A stretch of 64,000 bases of DNA from Octopus vulgaris. Its lineage: Eukaryota. The notes under the pieces were generated by a model. The model was not told the origin of the DNA. It was given only the letters and a program-made list of their open reading frames with translations, and made no database searches. The DNA is taken from contig OX597827.1 of NCBI GenBank assembly GCA_951406725.2, positions 11,408,001 to 11,472,000 of the forward strand. Reading direction: 5' to 3'. Below, in pieces: positions 45,273 through 59,165 of this stretch. The position numbers and the translations under genes are program-made. Each line of letters opens with the position of its first letter. The first letter of the stretch is position 1.

Positions 45273-45500
45273 TTCTAATATTTTCAATATCCCGTGATGG
45301 TAAAAATTTCTTCAGTCTTTCGGTTATTTATGCAACTGAAAGGATGGGATATGCAGCTACCACTTCTAATGTCAATGTCAAATGAATGAGATTCTACGTG
45401 GTTGTTCAGTTTGTTAGAAACAGCAAGCAAAACTCTCTTTCTCTCCGAATCACATTCTCTCATCTTGAACTAAAACACATTGGATGATAAAATCCTAAGA

Positions 45501-45643
45501 AGGCAATCCTTCGGTATTGGTGTACAAGGGAGTCAGTATGAGGAGACAACTCATTCACCTTCTCTTTCAGCCTAGTCTCTTTATCTATGACCTGAGGAAA
45601 AGGTGTGTGGGGGAATAATGTCTACCAATACCGAAGGATTGCC
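45501..45643. mobile_element. Small MITE with perfect 21-bp TIRs
   Basis: AGGCAATCCTTCGGTATTGGT (45501-45521) / ACCAATACCGAAGGATTGCCT (45623-45643). No clear TSD. Confidence 0.75.
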
Positions 45644-45713
45644 TCTGAAAATAAAACATAGGATCTTCAATGTCAGAATGCCTTTGATCATAGACTTATT
45701 CACCTGTGGTTAA

Positions 45714-45931
45714 CCCTTTAGTGTTTAAACCGGCTGTATCCGGCCTGAATATTCTACTCATTTTATGCTCAAACTGGCCAGAACCAGCATCTCACACCTA
45801 CCCTGCAATGTCATTCTAAGAATAAACAATTACATTTTTCAAATCTTGAAGTTACAAGATAATACCAGATTAATATTTTAAAATGTAAATGAATAAGGAT
45901 TACTTTTGACATTAATTTGAATGCTAAAGGG
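45714..45931. mobile_element. piggyBac-like MITE
   Basis: TTAA|CCCTTTAG ... CTAAAGGG|TTAA. Confidence 0.85.
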
Positions 45932-46270
45932 TTAAATAATAACAGCTACAACAACGAATGTCTTTTAATTCCTAGAAAATAAAAATAGTTTCACATATAG
46001 TTAAGGACAAGCATTTTGCTATCATTTGGCAGTCCTTCCTTTTGAACTAGTATTTATACTCTCACACCATAAAATTTCAATGAAAATTAAATGTCCCCTT
46101 ATTCTTTTTCTCAAAGAGTAACCAAACATGCACTTTTACCTACTTACTCCCTATTGTTCCCAGTTTCTTTTTTCTTTCTTTTTATTTCTTTATAAAGGGC
46201 ACATTCTTTTTCTTTTTGGATGTGTGTATATGTGTATGTAGTTGTGTGTGTGTATGTATGTATATATACA

Positions 46271-46460
46271 GACGCCATGATAGATCGTTAGCCACTACAC
46301 ACATTATTTTTCTCTCCTTGTTTTTTCTGTGTCCCTTTCTGTAGAAGAGCGTAGGCTCGAAATGTAAAAGACTTTTACTATCCCTGAGCATTATACTAAT
46401 ACATCTGTTTGTTTTGTACACAACCTGTCTTCATCTTTTGTTTTTTTCATAAACTCTCCC
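46271..46460 (+). mobile_element. TA-embedded ~190-bp element with hammerhead variant (46335-46370)
   Basis: cttt-CTGTAGA-a-gagc(gtag)gctc-GAAA-tg-T-A-aaag. Second copy, inverted, at 48495-48697. Confidence 0.75.
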
Positions 46461-46501
<41 letters not shown>

Positions 46502-46504
<3 letters not shown>

Positions 46505-46708
46505 ACCTCGTGTGTACCGTTGGCGATTTTTTTTCCTCTGTCTTCCCTTCTCTGGATCATTCCTTCTCCTATGTTTCCGACGAAGAGCTCCACTCGAAAC
46601 GTTAAACCCACCTTCTTTCCTTCTTTACTGAGCGTCCAATAATACTATATTTGTTCCACGTCCTCGCGTTGTTGTGTTTTTTTGTGCTTTCTTGTTTAGA
46701 TTAATTTT
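46502..46708 (+). mobile_element. TA-embedded ~200-bp element with hammerhead (46573-46607)
   Basis: gttt-CCGACGA-a-gagc(tcc)actc-GAAA-cg-T-T-aaac. Same family as 60638-60853 and 61101-61303. Confidence 0.78.
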
Positions 46709-47261
46709 ATATACATATATATATATATATCCCTTTCTTGAAACTAATGGTAGCCTGATTAACTCACAGTTGCATAGAACGTTGGTGTTCATCCCCATTA
46801 TCTTGAATGAAAACGTGACGAATCACATGATTTCATGATTTCATCCCAAATGGAGTTGAATGCCAACGTCCCATGCAACAAACTTAACAAATTTCTTAAC
46901 AATTATCATAACAGGAATCCAATGGTAGTCTTGTTAAACCAGAAATAAAGAATATTTAGTCACCAACGCAGTGTTGAGCACTCATTTTTGACTTTTTCAT
47001 ATATCAGTGTGTGTGCAAGACTACAAACCAATTTTTAGTAATATCAAATATTTTATGGATTCCAAGAGGCCAAGATTACCAGAGAGAATAAAATATCAAA
47101 TTTGACAGCAAATAGAGCGAAGCCTTGAATGAAATTGATATTTTCCTGATTAAGTGCTCCTCTGTATATATTTCTGTTAAGAGCATTCTGATCAACTTGA
47201 TATCAACTTAAGAATTCCTTAGGGTTCAGACATTTCACTGACCCTGCATTGATAAATCCCT

Positions 47262-47296
<35 letters not shown>

Positions 47297-47384
47297 ATAC
47301 TACCTCTTCTTCCTTACTTTCATAATATCTATTTCTACATCAGTAAAAAAAAAAAAAAAATAACATACATAAAAATAACATAAA

Positions 47385-47443
47385 TGGCGGTGCCCCAGCA
47401 TGGCCACAGCTCGTGAGCTGAAACTAGAATCAATCAATCAATC
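47385..47443 (+). mobile_element. Very short LINE/SINE 3' end related to the family A tail
   Basis: ggcggtgccccagcatggccacagctcgtgagctgaaactag followed by (aatc)n. Possible TSD tacatcagt (47336-47344, 47444-47452). Confidence 0.55.
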
Positions 47444-47715
47444 ATACATCAGTCAAAACGCAAACACTTCCCATTAAGTATCAACAAGGGAGATTCTATT
47501 TTTTTGTTTACTAGAAATAGCAGTCATACGTCCTTCAAATTACAACTTACCATCTAAGAAATATATGAAAGATTCATCAAATGATGCAGTCCCCGGTATC
47601 AAAAATAATAGGATTGCCAATGGTTTGAATGTTTTTGACCACATTCTCTTTGATCATATGGCTTCCCTCTCTCTCTTCCCCAGCTCTTATATATATATGT
47701 GTGTATATATATATA

Positions 47716-47750
<35 letters not shown>

Positions 47751-48259
47751 GAATATATGAGTATATATATATATATATATATATGCATGTATATTTAGAC
47801 ATATCTATGTATATACTTAGCCAACTGATATTCGCTCCTCTTGATGACTGGCTTGCTCCATGGTCAGCCTATTTATTCAATAAATGACATAAGTGGAAAA
47901 AAAATAAAAGCATCGAGAGTGCTACGATGTTAGCTTGGGAGACACTCACGTAATGCCGACAAATTTTTGCCGAATTCATTTTTATATTACAGCCCAAATC
48001 TCCTTGAGTTAATAACTAAGTGCTTTTGCCACTTATATAAATCAGTTGTTGACCAGATCGCCCAAAGGGAGATGACATCATGATATTAAGCTCTCTTCAC
48101 CACTGGACAAAGCAGACATCATGCCAAAATACCATCTTATTGATAAACTATTACTTGCTTTTCGCATTATTTTTTTTTACTTTCACAGCACATGCTTATA
48201 TTCTTTTTAATGTGAATAACTTCTCCATATATGGATATCTTATTTTTTTATCTCTTGTC

Positions 48260-48697
48260 TTCTTTCAGGCATTAGACTGGCCATGCTGGGGCACTGCCTT
48301 GAGGAACTTTTAGTCGATTGAATCAACTCTGGTATTTAGTTTCATTAAGCCTGGCACTTATTCTATCGATCTTTTTTGCTGAATTGATATGTTTTGGGGA
48401 CATAAACACACCAACACTGGTTGTGAATTGGTGGCGGGAGGACAGACACAAACACATAGATACATACATACATACACATATATATATATATATAGGGAGA
48501 GTTTATGAAAAAAACAAAAGATGAAGACAGGTGGTGTACAAAACAAACAGATGTATTAGTATAATGCTCAGGAATAGAAAAAGTCTTTTACATTTCGAGC
48601 CTACGCTCTTCTACAGAAAGGGACACAGAAAAAACAAGGAGAGAAACAAGAAGAGAAAATGATGTGTGTAGTGGCTAATGATCTATCATGGCGACTC

Positions 48698-48754
<57 letters not shown>

Positions 48755-48815
48755 TATACATATATATATACATATATATATATATATACATATATACATA
48801 CATGTATACATATAC

Positions 48816-48863
<48 letters not shown>

Positions 48864-49010
48864 GGCTTCTTTCACTCTTCATCTATCAAATTGACTCACA
48901 AGGCTTTGGTTGACCCAAGGCTATAGTAGAAGGGACTTATCCAACATGCCACACAGTGGGACTGAACCCAGAACCAAGTGGTTGGGAAGCAAGCTTCTTA
49001 CCACACAATC
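48260..49010 (-). mobile_element. Old SINE family A interrupted by a hammerhead element
   Basis: Tail 48260-48460; head 48862-49010. Confidence 0.7.
48495..48697 (-). mobile_element. TA-embedded hammerhead-variant element (motif 48585-48620)
   Basis: Reverse complement of 46271-46460; the ribozyme-like segment is identical. Confidence 0.75.
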
Positions 49011-49651
49011 AGCCACTACTTGTTTTCACACAAACACCACATTACTCTATTTCACATAAATATAACTAAAAACAACGAGGTCTTGACTGCACTTTCTTGC
49101 ACTTCATCTTCCATTGTTTGTTTTTGCTTCTACTGTACAGATTTACAATCTTTTTATGATAAATAACTTCTCAATGTATCGAAACGATACGCAATTCTTT
49201 TTCACATAGGAATAATTACCTATTCACAACACTTTCTAGCGCTTTTATCTCGTGTCATGTTCAAGGTAGACAGACAATTTTCCTTAATGCGTAATATCAA
49301 AACTATTATATTACTTTTCATTTTTTGCATTACATTCAGCATACCTCTTTCTTTCAGATTAAAAAATAAAAACATATGGAAGAAGATTGTAATATCCATT
49401 TTTTCGTTCTCTTGACACTCACATGCACTGAATTTTCTGTAGCCATTATGTTTCCACAAATTGTTTCTTGTATTTGAATGAACTAAGGTCGGGTCACTAA
49501 TTTTATTTAGTAAATCAAATTGCTAGATTGTCGGAAGATTTATTTCTTCCCATGTCATATCATTTAATAGTTGGATTGTTTGCCTAGCCCCTTACATATA
49601 CATGCATATATACATACTTACATACATACATACACATACATATATACACAT

Positions 49652-49686
<35 letters not shown>

Positions 49687-49756
49687 AAAGAATTTTTTGC
49701 GTAATGAGATAAAAAAACCAAGGCTGTGGAGATATTAGAACATTTATAGATAAAAT

Positions 49757-49808
49757 GTCTTACAGCTGTTTCCAGGATATTTATTAATTACTTCCCTTCA
49801 TCAGAGAC
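49757..49808 (-). ncRNA. Canonical type I minimal hammerhead ribozyme in a TA-flanked island (49687-49868)
   Basis: gtct-CTGATGA-aggga(...)tcctg-GAAA-CAGCTG-T-A-agac. All core nucleotides are intact, with a palindromic ACAGCTGT helix III and perfect 4-bp stem I. Confidence 0.8.
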
Positions 49809-49865
49809 GGTGTGAGAGGATGGTTAAGTAATAATTAATTTAGATAGGATACAAAATAGAGAGTG

Positions 49866-49939
<74 letters not shown>

Positions 49940-49973
49940 CACATTTCTGGTCACAATATATATATATATATAT

Positions 49974-50265
49974 GGAGGCGCAATGTCCTAGTGGTTGGGG
50001 CAGTGGACTCGTGGTCGTAGGATCGCGGTTTCGATTCCTAGACCAAGCGTTGTGAGTGTTTATTGAGCAAAAACACCTAAAAGCTCCACGAGGCTCTGGC
50101 AGGGGGTAGTGATCCCTGCTGTACTCTTTCTCTCACTCTTTCTTTTGTTGGCCTGCTCGCTTAGCCAGCGGGGTGGCGTCATTCGAAGGCTAAAACAATG
50201 CGAATGCATTGTGACCAGTGATGTGTAGCAACATCTGATTGTCTGGTCAGTCACGTGATCATGTG
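49974..50265 (+). mobile_element. SINE family C, tail 3
   Basis: Same head as 14128 and 19260; different tail (gcttagccagcggggtggcgtc...ctggtcagtcacgtgatc). Confidence 0.8.
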
Positions 50266-50772
50266 ATATATATATATATGTATATATATGTATACATATA
50301 TGTATGTATCTCTCTATCTATTATCTATATATATATATATGAGATCAACCCATATGTCTTTAAAACAGCTGTAACCAAGGAATAAATGTTATACCAGTAC
50401 CTCCATACTTTGCTTAGTGAAGCACATGGCTAAGTCCTTGGTATATTTGGTTCACACTCATAAAGTTGCAAGTTCATTACCCAGCACTTATTTTATTTTC
50501 ACACTGGTCCAGTCCACTTGGCTGGCAAAAAAGGGTTGCACATGAATTTCACAAGGCTAGCCTTGCTGCATTCCGTGTCTTGCTGAATCTCTCTGAGAAC
50601 TACTTAAAGGGTAGGTGTATCTGTGGAGTGCTCAGCTACTTGCCCATTAATTTCATGATCAAGCTGCTTTGTTGATTTGATCTACTGAAACAACTTTCTG
50701 TGATGGTGCTGGACCTTGGGAAACATTACTTTGTTTGGAAACGGCTGTGTGTTAACAATATGATATCTATCT

Positions 50773-51017
50773 AAGAAATATAGAAAGGTGGTGAGCTGGC
50801 AGAAACGTTAGCACGCCCGGCAAAATGCGTAGCCGTATTTCGTCTGCTGCTACGTTCTGAGTTCAAATTCCGCCAGGGTTGACTTTGCCTTTCATCCTTT
50901 CGGGGTCGATAAATTAAGTACCAGTTACCCACTGGGGTCGATATAATCGACTTAATCCGTTTTTCTGTCCTTGTTAGTCCTCTCTGTGTTTAGCCCCTTG
51001 TGGGTAGTAAAGAAATA
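50773..51017 (+). mobile_element. SINE family B
   Basis: TSD aatatgatatct(atct) at 50757 and 51018. Another copy at 51306-51530. Confidence 0.85.
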
Positions 51018-51029
51018 AATATGATATCT

Positions 51030-51248
51030 CGGTAGATGGACAATTCATCGACAGACAGTCAGCTGACAGACAATTGGCCAACAGACAACTTACAGACAGG
51101 ATCATTGTGTGGTATGGTGCAGTGTCCTGTTGCCAGACACAGGGTGTTCCAGCAGCCACCCTCTTGAATCAGGGCAGCACAACCTCCTCCAGGCACATGG
51201 TGTAAGCCTCCATATTTGAATTGTCTATCAGCGAATCGTCTGCACACG
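51030..51248. mobile_element. Unclassified MITE with 15-bp subterminal repeats and 4-bp TSD ATCT
   Basis: Four 15-mers gaca(a/g)...aca (51039-51098) with inverted copies at 51217-51240. Termini CG...CG. Confidence 0.6.
51102..51217 (-). pseudogene. Tc1/mariner-superfamily transposase fragment (second catalytic Asp region)
   Basis: NMEAYTMCLEEVVLP*FKRVAAGTPCVWQQDTAPYHT matches the W/FQQDxAPxH motif. Confidence 0.75.
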
Positions 51249-51889
51249 ATCTATCTCTCTATATATGTGTGTATATGTGTGTGTGTGTTTGTGTGTATAT
51301 ACTCTGTGAGCTGGCAGAAACGTTAGCACCCTGGGCGAAATGCATAGCTGTATTTCGTCTGCTGTTACGTTCTGAGTTCAAATTCCGCCAAGGTCGACTT
51401 TGCCTTTCATTCTTTCAGGGGTCGATAAAATAAGTACCAGTTACGCACCGGGGTCGATATAATCGACTTAATCCGTTTGTCTGTCCTTGTTTGTCCCCTC
51501 TGTGTTTAGCCCCTTGTGAATAGTTAAGAAATATATATGTGTCTGCTTGTGTGTGTGTGTTTGTGTGCATGTGTGTGTGTGTAAAGATGTATGTTTGTTA
51601 GTGTAAAGATGTACATACCTGCAATGTAGCAGCAAAAGAGGTGCTTTCAAATAAGAATACCCTGTGTTGTATTTGTTTCACCCATGCAGCACACACACAA
51701 ACACACACACAGACACGCACATGCACACACACACACATACAATCCCTTGTCACTCTCATATTGAGAAAAATGGCAGCTGACTAGCAATTTGTCAGTTGGA
51801 ATTCCATTTCCATAACTAACGATGGTATTGTTCACCAAAACATTATATATAAAATTTACAAAAACAGAAATAAACATATAATAAACAAT

Positions 51890-51914
51890 TATAATGATGA
51901 TGATGATAATAATG

Positions 51915-51947
<33 letters not shown>

Positions 51948-52010
51948 TTAATAATAATAATAATAATAATGATGATGATGATGATGATGATGATAATAAT
52001 AATAATGATG

Positions 52011-52101
<91 letters not shown>

Positions 52102-52298
52102 TGATGATGATGATAATAATAATAATAACAGTAATAATAATAATAATAATAATGATGACAATAATAATAATAATAATAATGATAATAATAATAATAATAA
52201 TGATAATAACAATGATAATAATAATAATGATGATGATGATGATAATGATAATAATAATAATAATAATAATAATGATAATAATAATAATAATAATAATA
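51890..52298. repeat. (AAT/GAT)n array
   Basis: Direct reading. Confidence 0.95.
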
Positions 52299-53107
52299 AA
52301 ACTAATAAATAAGACAAAATTTTTAATAAAACTGTAATACCTTCCTAATCTCTTGAAAGAAAAGAAAAACCTCCTTTATTGAAAACCAGTGGTTCTCTCA
52401 TCATAAGAAATCTTCTTGTTACAGATGCTGGGACTAAGGCTACACAATGACTTGTGAAAATTTATATCTTTATCATAACAAAATCTACATGAAAGTAAAC
52501 AATGAAATGTTCTATATTTATTTTTCCAATTTGATATTTTTGGTATTACATGTATAGATTATCATGTTATCATTTACAAAAGATATCGGATCAATTTGGC
52601 ACCTGCGTATGATATAATTTGTGTGCAAAAGTACACGTGTGAGATCGTTTGAGTGAGTGTGTATGTATGTATGTGTGTGTGTGTGTGTGTGTGTGTGCAT
52701 GTGTGTGTATGTGTGGGAGGTGTTTGTGTGTGTACATGTATGTGTATGCACATGTGTGTGGGGGGAGGTGTGTGTGTGTGGGGAGGTGTGTGTGTGTGGG
52801 GGAGGTGTGTGTACATGTATGTGTATGCATGTGTATGTGTATGCACATGTGCATGAGTGTTTGAGAGAGTATGTGTGCGTGTATATGTGTACATGAGTGT
52901 GTATATATGTGTGTATGTGCATGTACATGTGTGTGTGTGTGTGCTTGACTTGTATGTATGTCTGTGAATGTGTATGCATGTATGTATATGTATATATGTT
53001 AATTTCTGTATGTAAGAATGAGTGAGTCTGCAATGTGTGTGTGTATGTGTTTGTGTAATGTGTGTGTGTGTATGTGTATGAATATGTCCATTTCCATTTC
53101 TTAGAAT

Positions 53108-53144
<37 letters not shown>

Positions 53145-53292
53145 ATTGTATGAGTGTAGTAGTGTATGAGTATTTGAGTGTATGTAATGCATGTGACCAT
53201 ATATGCAAGTGAGCATGTGTGCATGCATATATATGTGCATTTGTGCTCATATATTTGATTAAGTATGTATATGCATTTTTTGTGTGAGCACC

Positions 53293-53355
<63 letters not shown>

Positions 53356-53357
<2 letters not shown>

Positions 53358-53509
53358 TTGTCCTGTTCCTTGGTTTGTGTCTATGTTTTTCGTCTCTCTA
53401 TGTGTTCGACGTCTTTTTGGTGTCCTGTACACATATATGCGTGTATATGTACATGTAGAGGTAGGTACGTACATATATGTTTATATATATGCATATGTTC
53501 TATTTTATT

Positions 53510-53512
<3 letters not shown>
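53356..53512 (+). mobile_element. 5'-truncated copy of the 7220-7690 element in (TA)n
   Basis: gttccttggt...tgtgttcgacgt...ggtgtcctgtac...catgtagaggtaggtacgtac. Confidence 0.8.
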
Positions 53513-53551
<39 letters not shown>

Positions 53552-54299
53552 AACATACACACGTGCATGCATATACATACACACACACACACACACATAT
53601 ATACATATATATGCATGTGTGTGTGGGTGTGTCTATGTATGTGTTTGTGCCTATACACACTGCTTTAATGTGAATAGTGCAACACTATAACAAGCATGCT
53701 GACCTAAGCTTATACTAGCATCATGAACGCAGTATAATAACATGAATTTTATCTCAATTTAAATATAACTTCCATCTCAAAATAATACTGAAATCTAAAT
53801 AAAAAAATATTTATAATAGTACAAGAAGAAGAAGCATGGCTCTGTGGTTAGGAAGATAGCTTCACAAAGATGTGGCTTCAGGTTCAATTCTACTGTGCAT
53901 AACTTTGGGCAAGTTTCTTTTGTCACAGTTTCAATTCCCCCCTAAAGATTTTTCCATTCAAAGTAGGGAGACGGAAACTGCGTAGAAGTTTGCTGAAGGG
54001 ACCTGCATCTGTTCTTGGGTGGAAGACTTAATTTATTTCCTGATTTAATATCCTTCACCACCTATCCCTTTTTTTGCCTTAAGTTGACTGGTGGCAGGCT
54101 GGCTGGCTTGGCAGATGTATGCATGAATGAATGAATGTATGTATGTATGTATGTATGCATGCATGTGTATGTATGTATGCATGTGTATGTATGTATATAT
54201 GTATGTATGTGTGTGTATGTATGTATGTATGTATGTAGGTAGGTATGCATGTATGTATACATGTATGCATGCCTCTCTATTTGTCCATCTCTCTCCCTA

Positions 54300-54346
<47 letters not shown>

Positions 54347-54348
54347 GT

Positions 54349-54687
<339 letters not shown>

Positions 54688-55081
54688 TATATAAATATTA
54701 TATATTTAAATAATATAAATTAAATAATCTTATGTATTGGCTTAAGTTTTTCATTGTTTGATTTGCCTAATGGTGGTTTTGTCTCTAATTTAATATAATA
54801 TATATAAATATATATATATAATTATCATCATCATCATCATCATCATCATTGTCGTCATCGTCATTTAATATATGCAGCACGGAATTTTTGTCAGTGAACA
54901 GGTCGTAGTTTCAAAGCGAAGGAAAGATTTTGACAACTTAAATTTAAATGTTGAAGTGAATCTAACAGTTTTTGTGCGTTTTTAAATAGCTTATAAATAG
55001 CTTCCATGTTGCAATTGTGTTTGTTTCAGCATATCCATAATATACATACATATGTACATATATACATATATATATATATAT

Positions 55082-55484
55082 ACTCTTTTACTTGTTTCAG
55101 TCATTTGACTGTGGCCATGCTGGAGCACTGCCTTTAGTCGAGCAAATCGACCCCGGGACTTATTCTTTGTAAGCCCAGTACTTATTCTATCGGTCTCTTT
55201 TGCCGAACCGCAAAGTGACAGGGACGTAAGCACACCAGCATCGGTTGTCAAGCAATGCTAGGGGGACAAACACCGACACACAAACACACACACATACATA
55301 TACATATATATACATATATACGACAGGCTTCTTTCAGTTTCCGTCTATCAAATCCACTCACAAGTCATTGGTCGGCCAGGGGCTATAGCAGGAGACACTT
55401 GCCCAAGATGCCATGCAGTGGGACTGAACCCGTAACCAGGTGGTTGGCTAGCAAGCTACTTACCACACAGCCACTCCTGCACCT
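55082..55484 (-). mobile_element. SINE family A, full length
   Basis: Reverse complement of 8046-8456. Confidence 0.9.
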
Positions 55485-55512
55485 ATATATATATATATAT
55501 ACATATATATAT

Positions 55513-55550
<38 letters not shown>

Positions 55551-56575
55551 TTACATATATACATACAAGCTATGGTTTTTGCAATGTCAGCTACATGATT
55601 ACAAGTAATATGTTTGAGTATGCGTAACAAAGGATGGCACTGACTACAATATACATCTCACCATTTACCCTTTCACTATCACTATCTTAAATATGATACT
55701 TATCATTCATACCTCCTCTCATCAGCTAACGATACCCTTCCAGTCTTCTAATTACCACTGACTCTCCAGCATGTCTCATAGGAGTCATTTTGGAGTTCAC
55801 TTAGCAGGAGTCACTTGATTGCAAGCATTAGTCAGAATAGGTCTCCAATGTAAGGATAATTTCGACCCTTCCCCTTATAAGTCTTGGAGACTCTAGGAAA
55901 GGGTCAATGCTGCCATCAGTCTTTGATTTATAACCATTTGTTCTTTGTTACTGCACCAGAGTGACCTGAGAACTTTTGTATTTCAAACAGATAGGATTAA
56001 ATTAACCATTGATAAGTATTATCATGATTATGATAAGATGAGAGAAAAGTAGTGTCCCTGAAAAGAAGAGGTCAGAGGTGCTAGTTACCATTCATACTTG
56101 AATTAGTAAAAAAGAAAACAGTAAAAAAACAAAAGCGGAAAATAACCAACCCCTCCGTCCTCTGTACTGAATTCTATTATCAAATACAATATTTAAACAA
56201 TATCAGAAATCCGTATATATAAATAAATCATGTGACAGAAACGAGCAGTCAACAATCAATATATGAAGAATCTCATATAAGGTACATCAAATGACAATAT
56301 TGCAACGACTCTACTTACATAATTAAAAGTAATAATAAGATATATCCTTAATAAACTGATAGATGTGACTCGAATTTTCACACCAATAATTATATAGGTC
56401 CTTTGATGTTTAATTAAGCACCTAATATAAAAGGAGGCCAACAGAACAGACTGTTTATGAAAAACTCTGTCGAAATGACTAAGCATGCTAACAGTTAATG
56501 ATTTCTCTTCTTCGTGTTTATATATATGCATACACAGGATATACATCTGTATGCGTGTATTTGTATGCGTGTATG

Positions 56576-56608
<33 letters not shown>

Positions 56609-56629
56609 GTATATATGTATATATATATG

Positions 56630-56663
<34 letters not shown>

Positions 56664-57010
56664 TATATAAATATATATATATACATACATACATACATAC
56701 ACACACACATTCATAACTGTGTATGTGTGTGTGTGTGTGTGTGTGTGTATAGATGGTGGGTATTAAGTCAGGGCGGTACCGAGTGGCTTAAAGCAATGTG
56801 AGAAAATATGATGACAAAGTGACAAGACACCAAAATAACAAATAATAGAAGAGATGATAGTTTCTTTGTTGAAAGAGTTAGATCTTAAAACATAGCTGTA
56901 TGTGTATGTTTATATATATACATATGTATGTGTATCTGTGTGTGTGTCTCTATCTATCAATCTATCAATCAATCAATCTATCTATATATCTATCTATCTA
57001 TATATATATA

Positions 57011-57045
<35 letters not shown>

Positions 57046-57464
57046 GTCTGTCTGTCTGTCTATTCTTTCTGTCTATATAGATACACACACGCACACATAC
57101 ATACATGGATAGATACATACATATAGATACAAACACACATATACATATATATGTGTGTGTACATATATATATATAGAGAGATAAATACATACATACATAC
57201 ATACATGCATACATACATGCATACATACATACATGCAAACACATACATACATACATACATGCATAAATACATACATACATACATATATACATACATACAT
57301 GCATGCATACATACATACATACATATATACATACATACATAAATACATACAAACATACATACATGCATACATACATGCATACATGCATACATACATGTAC
57401 ATACAAGCTCTTCAAGTTGTAGAGCACTCAATCTGTTTAGAAAATACAAATATTATTGTTAAAC

Positions 57465-57660
57465 CTTTCTACTATAGGCACAAGGCCTGAAAATTTGGGA
57501 AAGGTATAGTTGATTACATCAACCCCAGGGCATAAATGATTCTGAAAGGATGAAATGCAAAGTCAACCTTCACAGAATTTGAACTCAGAATGTAAGAACA
57601 GAGAAAGAGCCACTAAATATTTAGCCCAGCATGCTAACAATTCTGCCAGCCTGCTTCCCT
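57465..57660 (-). mobile_element. SINE family B, degenerate
   Basis: ggcacaaggcc...gatgaaatgcaaagtcaacc...gaactcagaa...ttctgccagc. Confidence 0.7.
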
Positions 57661-57765
57661 AATATTATAATTAATGATAACCACACAAAATCTTTGTGAA
57701 ATTCACTTACTCAGAGTTTCCTGTCCAGACTGTTAAATTCATTTTGCTATTTGCATACTAGTAAC

Positions 57766-58075
57766 ACATGGCCTAGTGGTTAGAGCAGCGGACTCGCGGT
57801 CGAGGAATCGCGGGTTCGAATCTCAGACCGGGCGATGTGTGTGTTTATGAGCGAAAACACCTAAGCTCCACGCGGCTCCGGCAGAAGGTAATGGCGAAAC
57901 TCCTGCTGATTCTTTCGCCACAACTTTCTCTCACTCTTTCCTCCTGCATCTTGCAGATCACCTGCGATGGACCGGCGTCCCGTCCAGGTGGGGAAGCTAT
58001 ACGCCAAGGAAACCGGGAAACTGACTCTTATGAGCCAGGCGTGGCTCGAGAAGGAACAAAAAAACAACAAACAAC
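57766..58075 (+). mobile_element. SINE family C, tail 2
   Basis: tggcctagtggttagagcagcggactcgcggtcg...cctgcgatggaccggcgtcccgtccagg. Possible TSD catactagtaacac (57754-57767, 58075-58088). Confidence 0.85.
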
Positions 58076-58408
58076 ATACTAGTAACACCAACACGGCAGT
58101 TTGATAATGACCACACAAAAAGTGGTGAAAGGAATTTGGTATTCTGGTCAGGAAACCCTGGAAAGCTGAATTTCAGAGATTTTTTTTTTTTTGTGTTTGT
58201 GATCCTTAATGAATGCACACACATATTTGTATGTTTGTGTGTGCATGCACGTACATGAGTGTGTGTGTGTGTTAGTGTGTCGCCATGTATGTTTGTGTGT
58301 GTATGTGGTGTATTAATTTATTCATGAGAACCATACAAAAAATTTTATACCTTTCAGATGTTAAATGATGATGATGGCATATACATATATACATGTATAT
58401 ATATATAC

Positions 58409-58490
<82 letters not shown>

Positions 58491-58614
58491 GTATGTATGT
58501 GTGAATATATATATGTATGTATAAATATATATATGTATGTGTGTGTGTGTAACTATATATACATATGTATTTATGTGTGCATAACTATGTATGCATATTT
58601 ATATACATATATAT

Positions 58615-58667
<53 letters not shown>

Positions 58668-58743
58668 TATATATATACACATATATACATATATGTATGG
58701 ATATATACATACACAGACACTTAAGCACACATATACAGATAAC

Positions 58744-58774
<31 letters not shown>

Positions 58775-59165
58775 AATTAGAAAATAACCACTTTTCATCA
58801 ATTCTAGGAATAAGTGCTTATATTGAACACAGATGACAAAATATTAAAATAATTGCAAAAGAAGTAAATTTTAATTAACCAACAACAAATAATTGTGGAC
58901 TAGGAGTCTTATTTAAAAATTTTTTTTTTTACTTATTTAGATGTCAAATGTGAAATTGCAAGTATTTAAAGTTAAAAAAAGACACTCTTCATTAGATGTG
59001 CTTTTATGTTTCCTTATTGATAATTATTTACAAAATTGAGATTTTAAACACTTTAACTGTTCAACAATACAAGTTTACCTCAATGTCTTTATTTCACCTT
59101 GCATTTGAGGTGTGTTTTAATTTTTTTACAAGGTGTACTTCCATTATCTGGAGGTTTATAATATC

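Noticed and set aside
57766-57835. tRNA-like sequences at SINE heads
   Set aside because: They have A/B boxes but no complete cloverleaf and continue into SINE bodies, so they are not tRNA genes.
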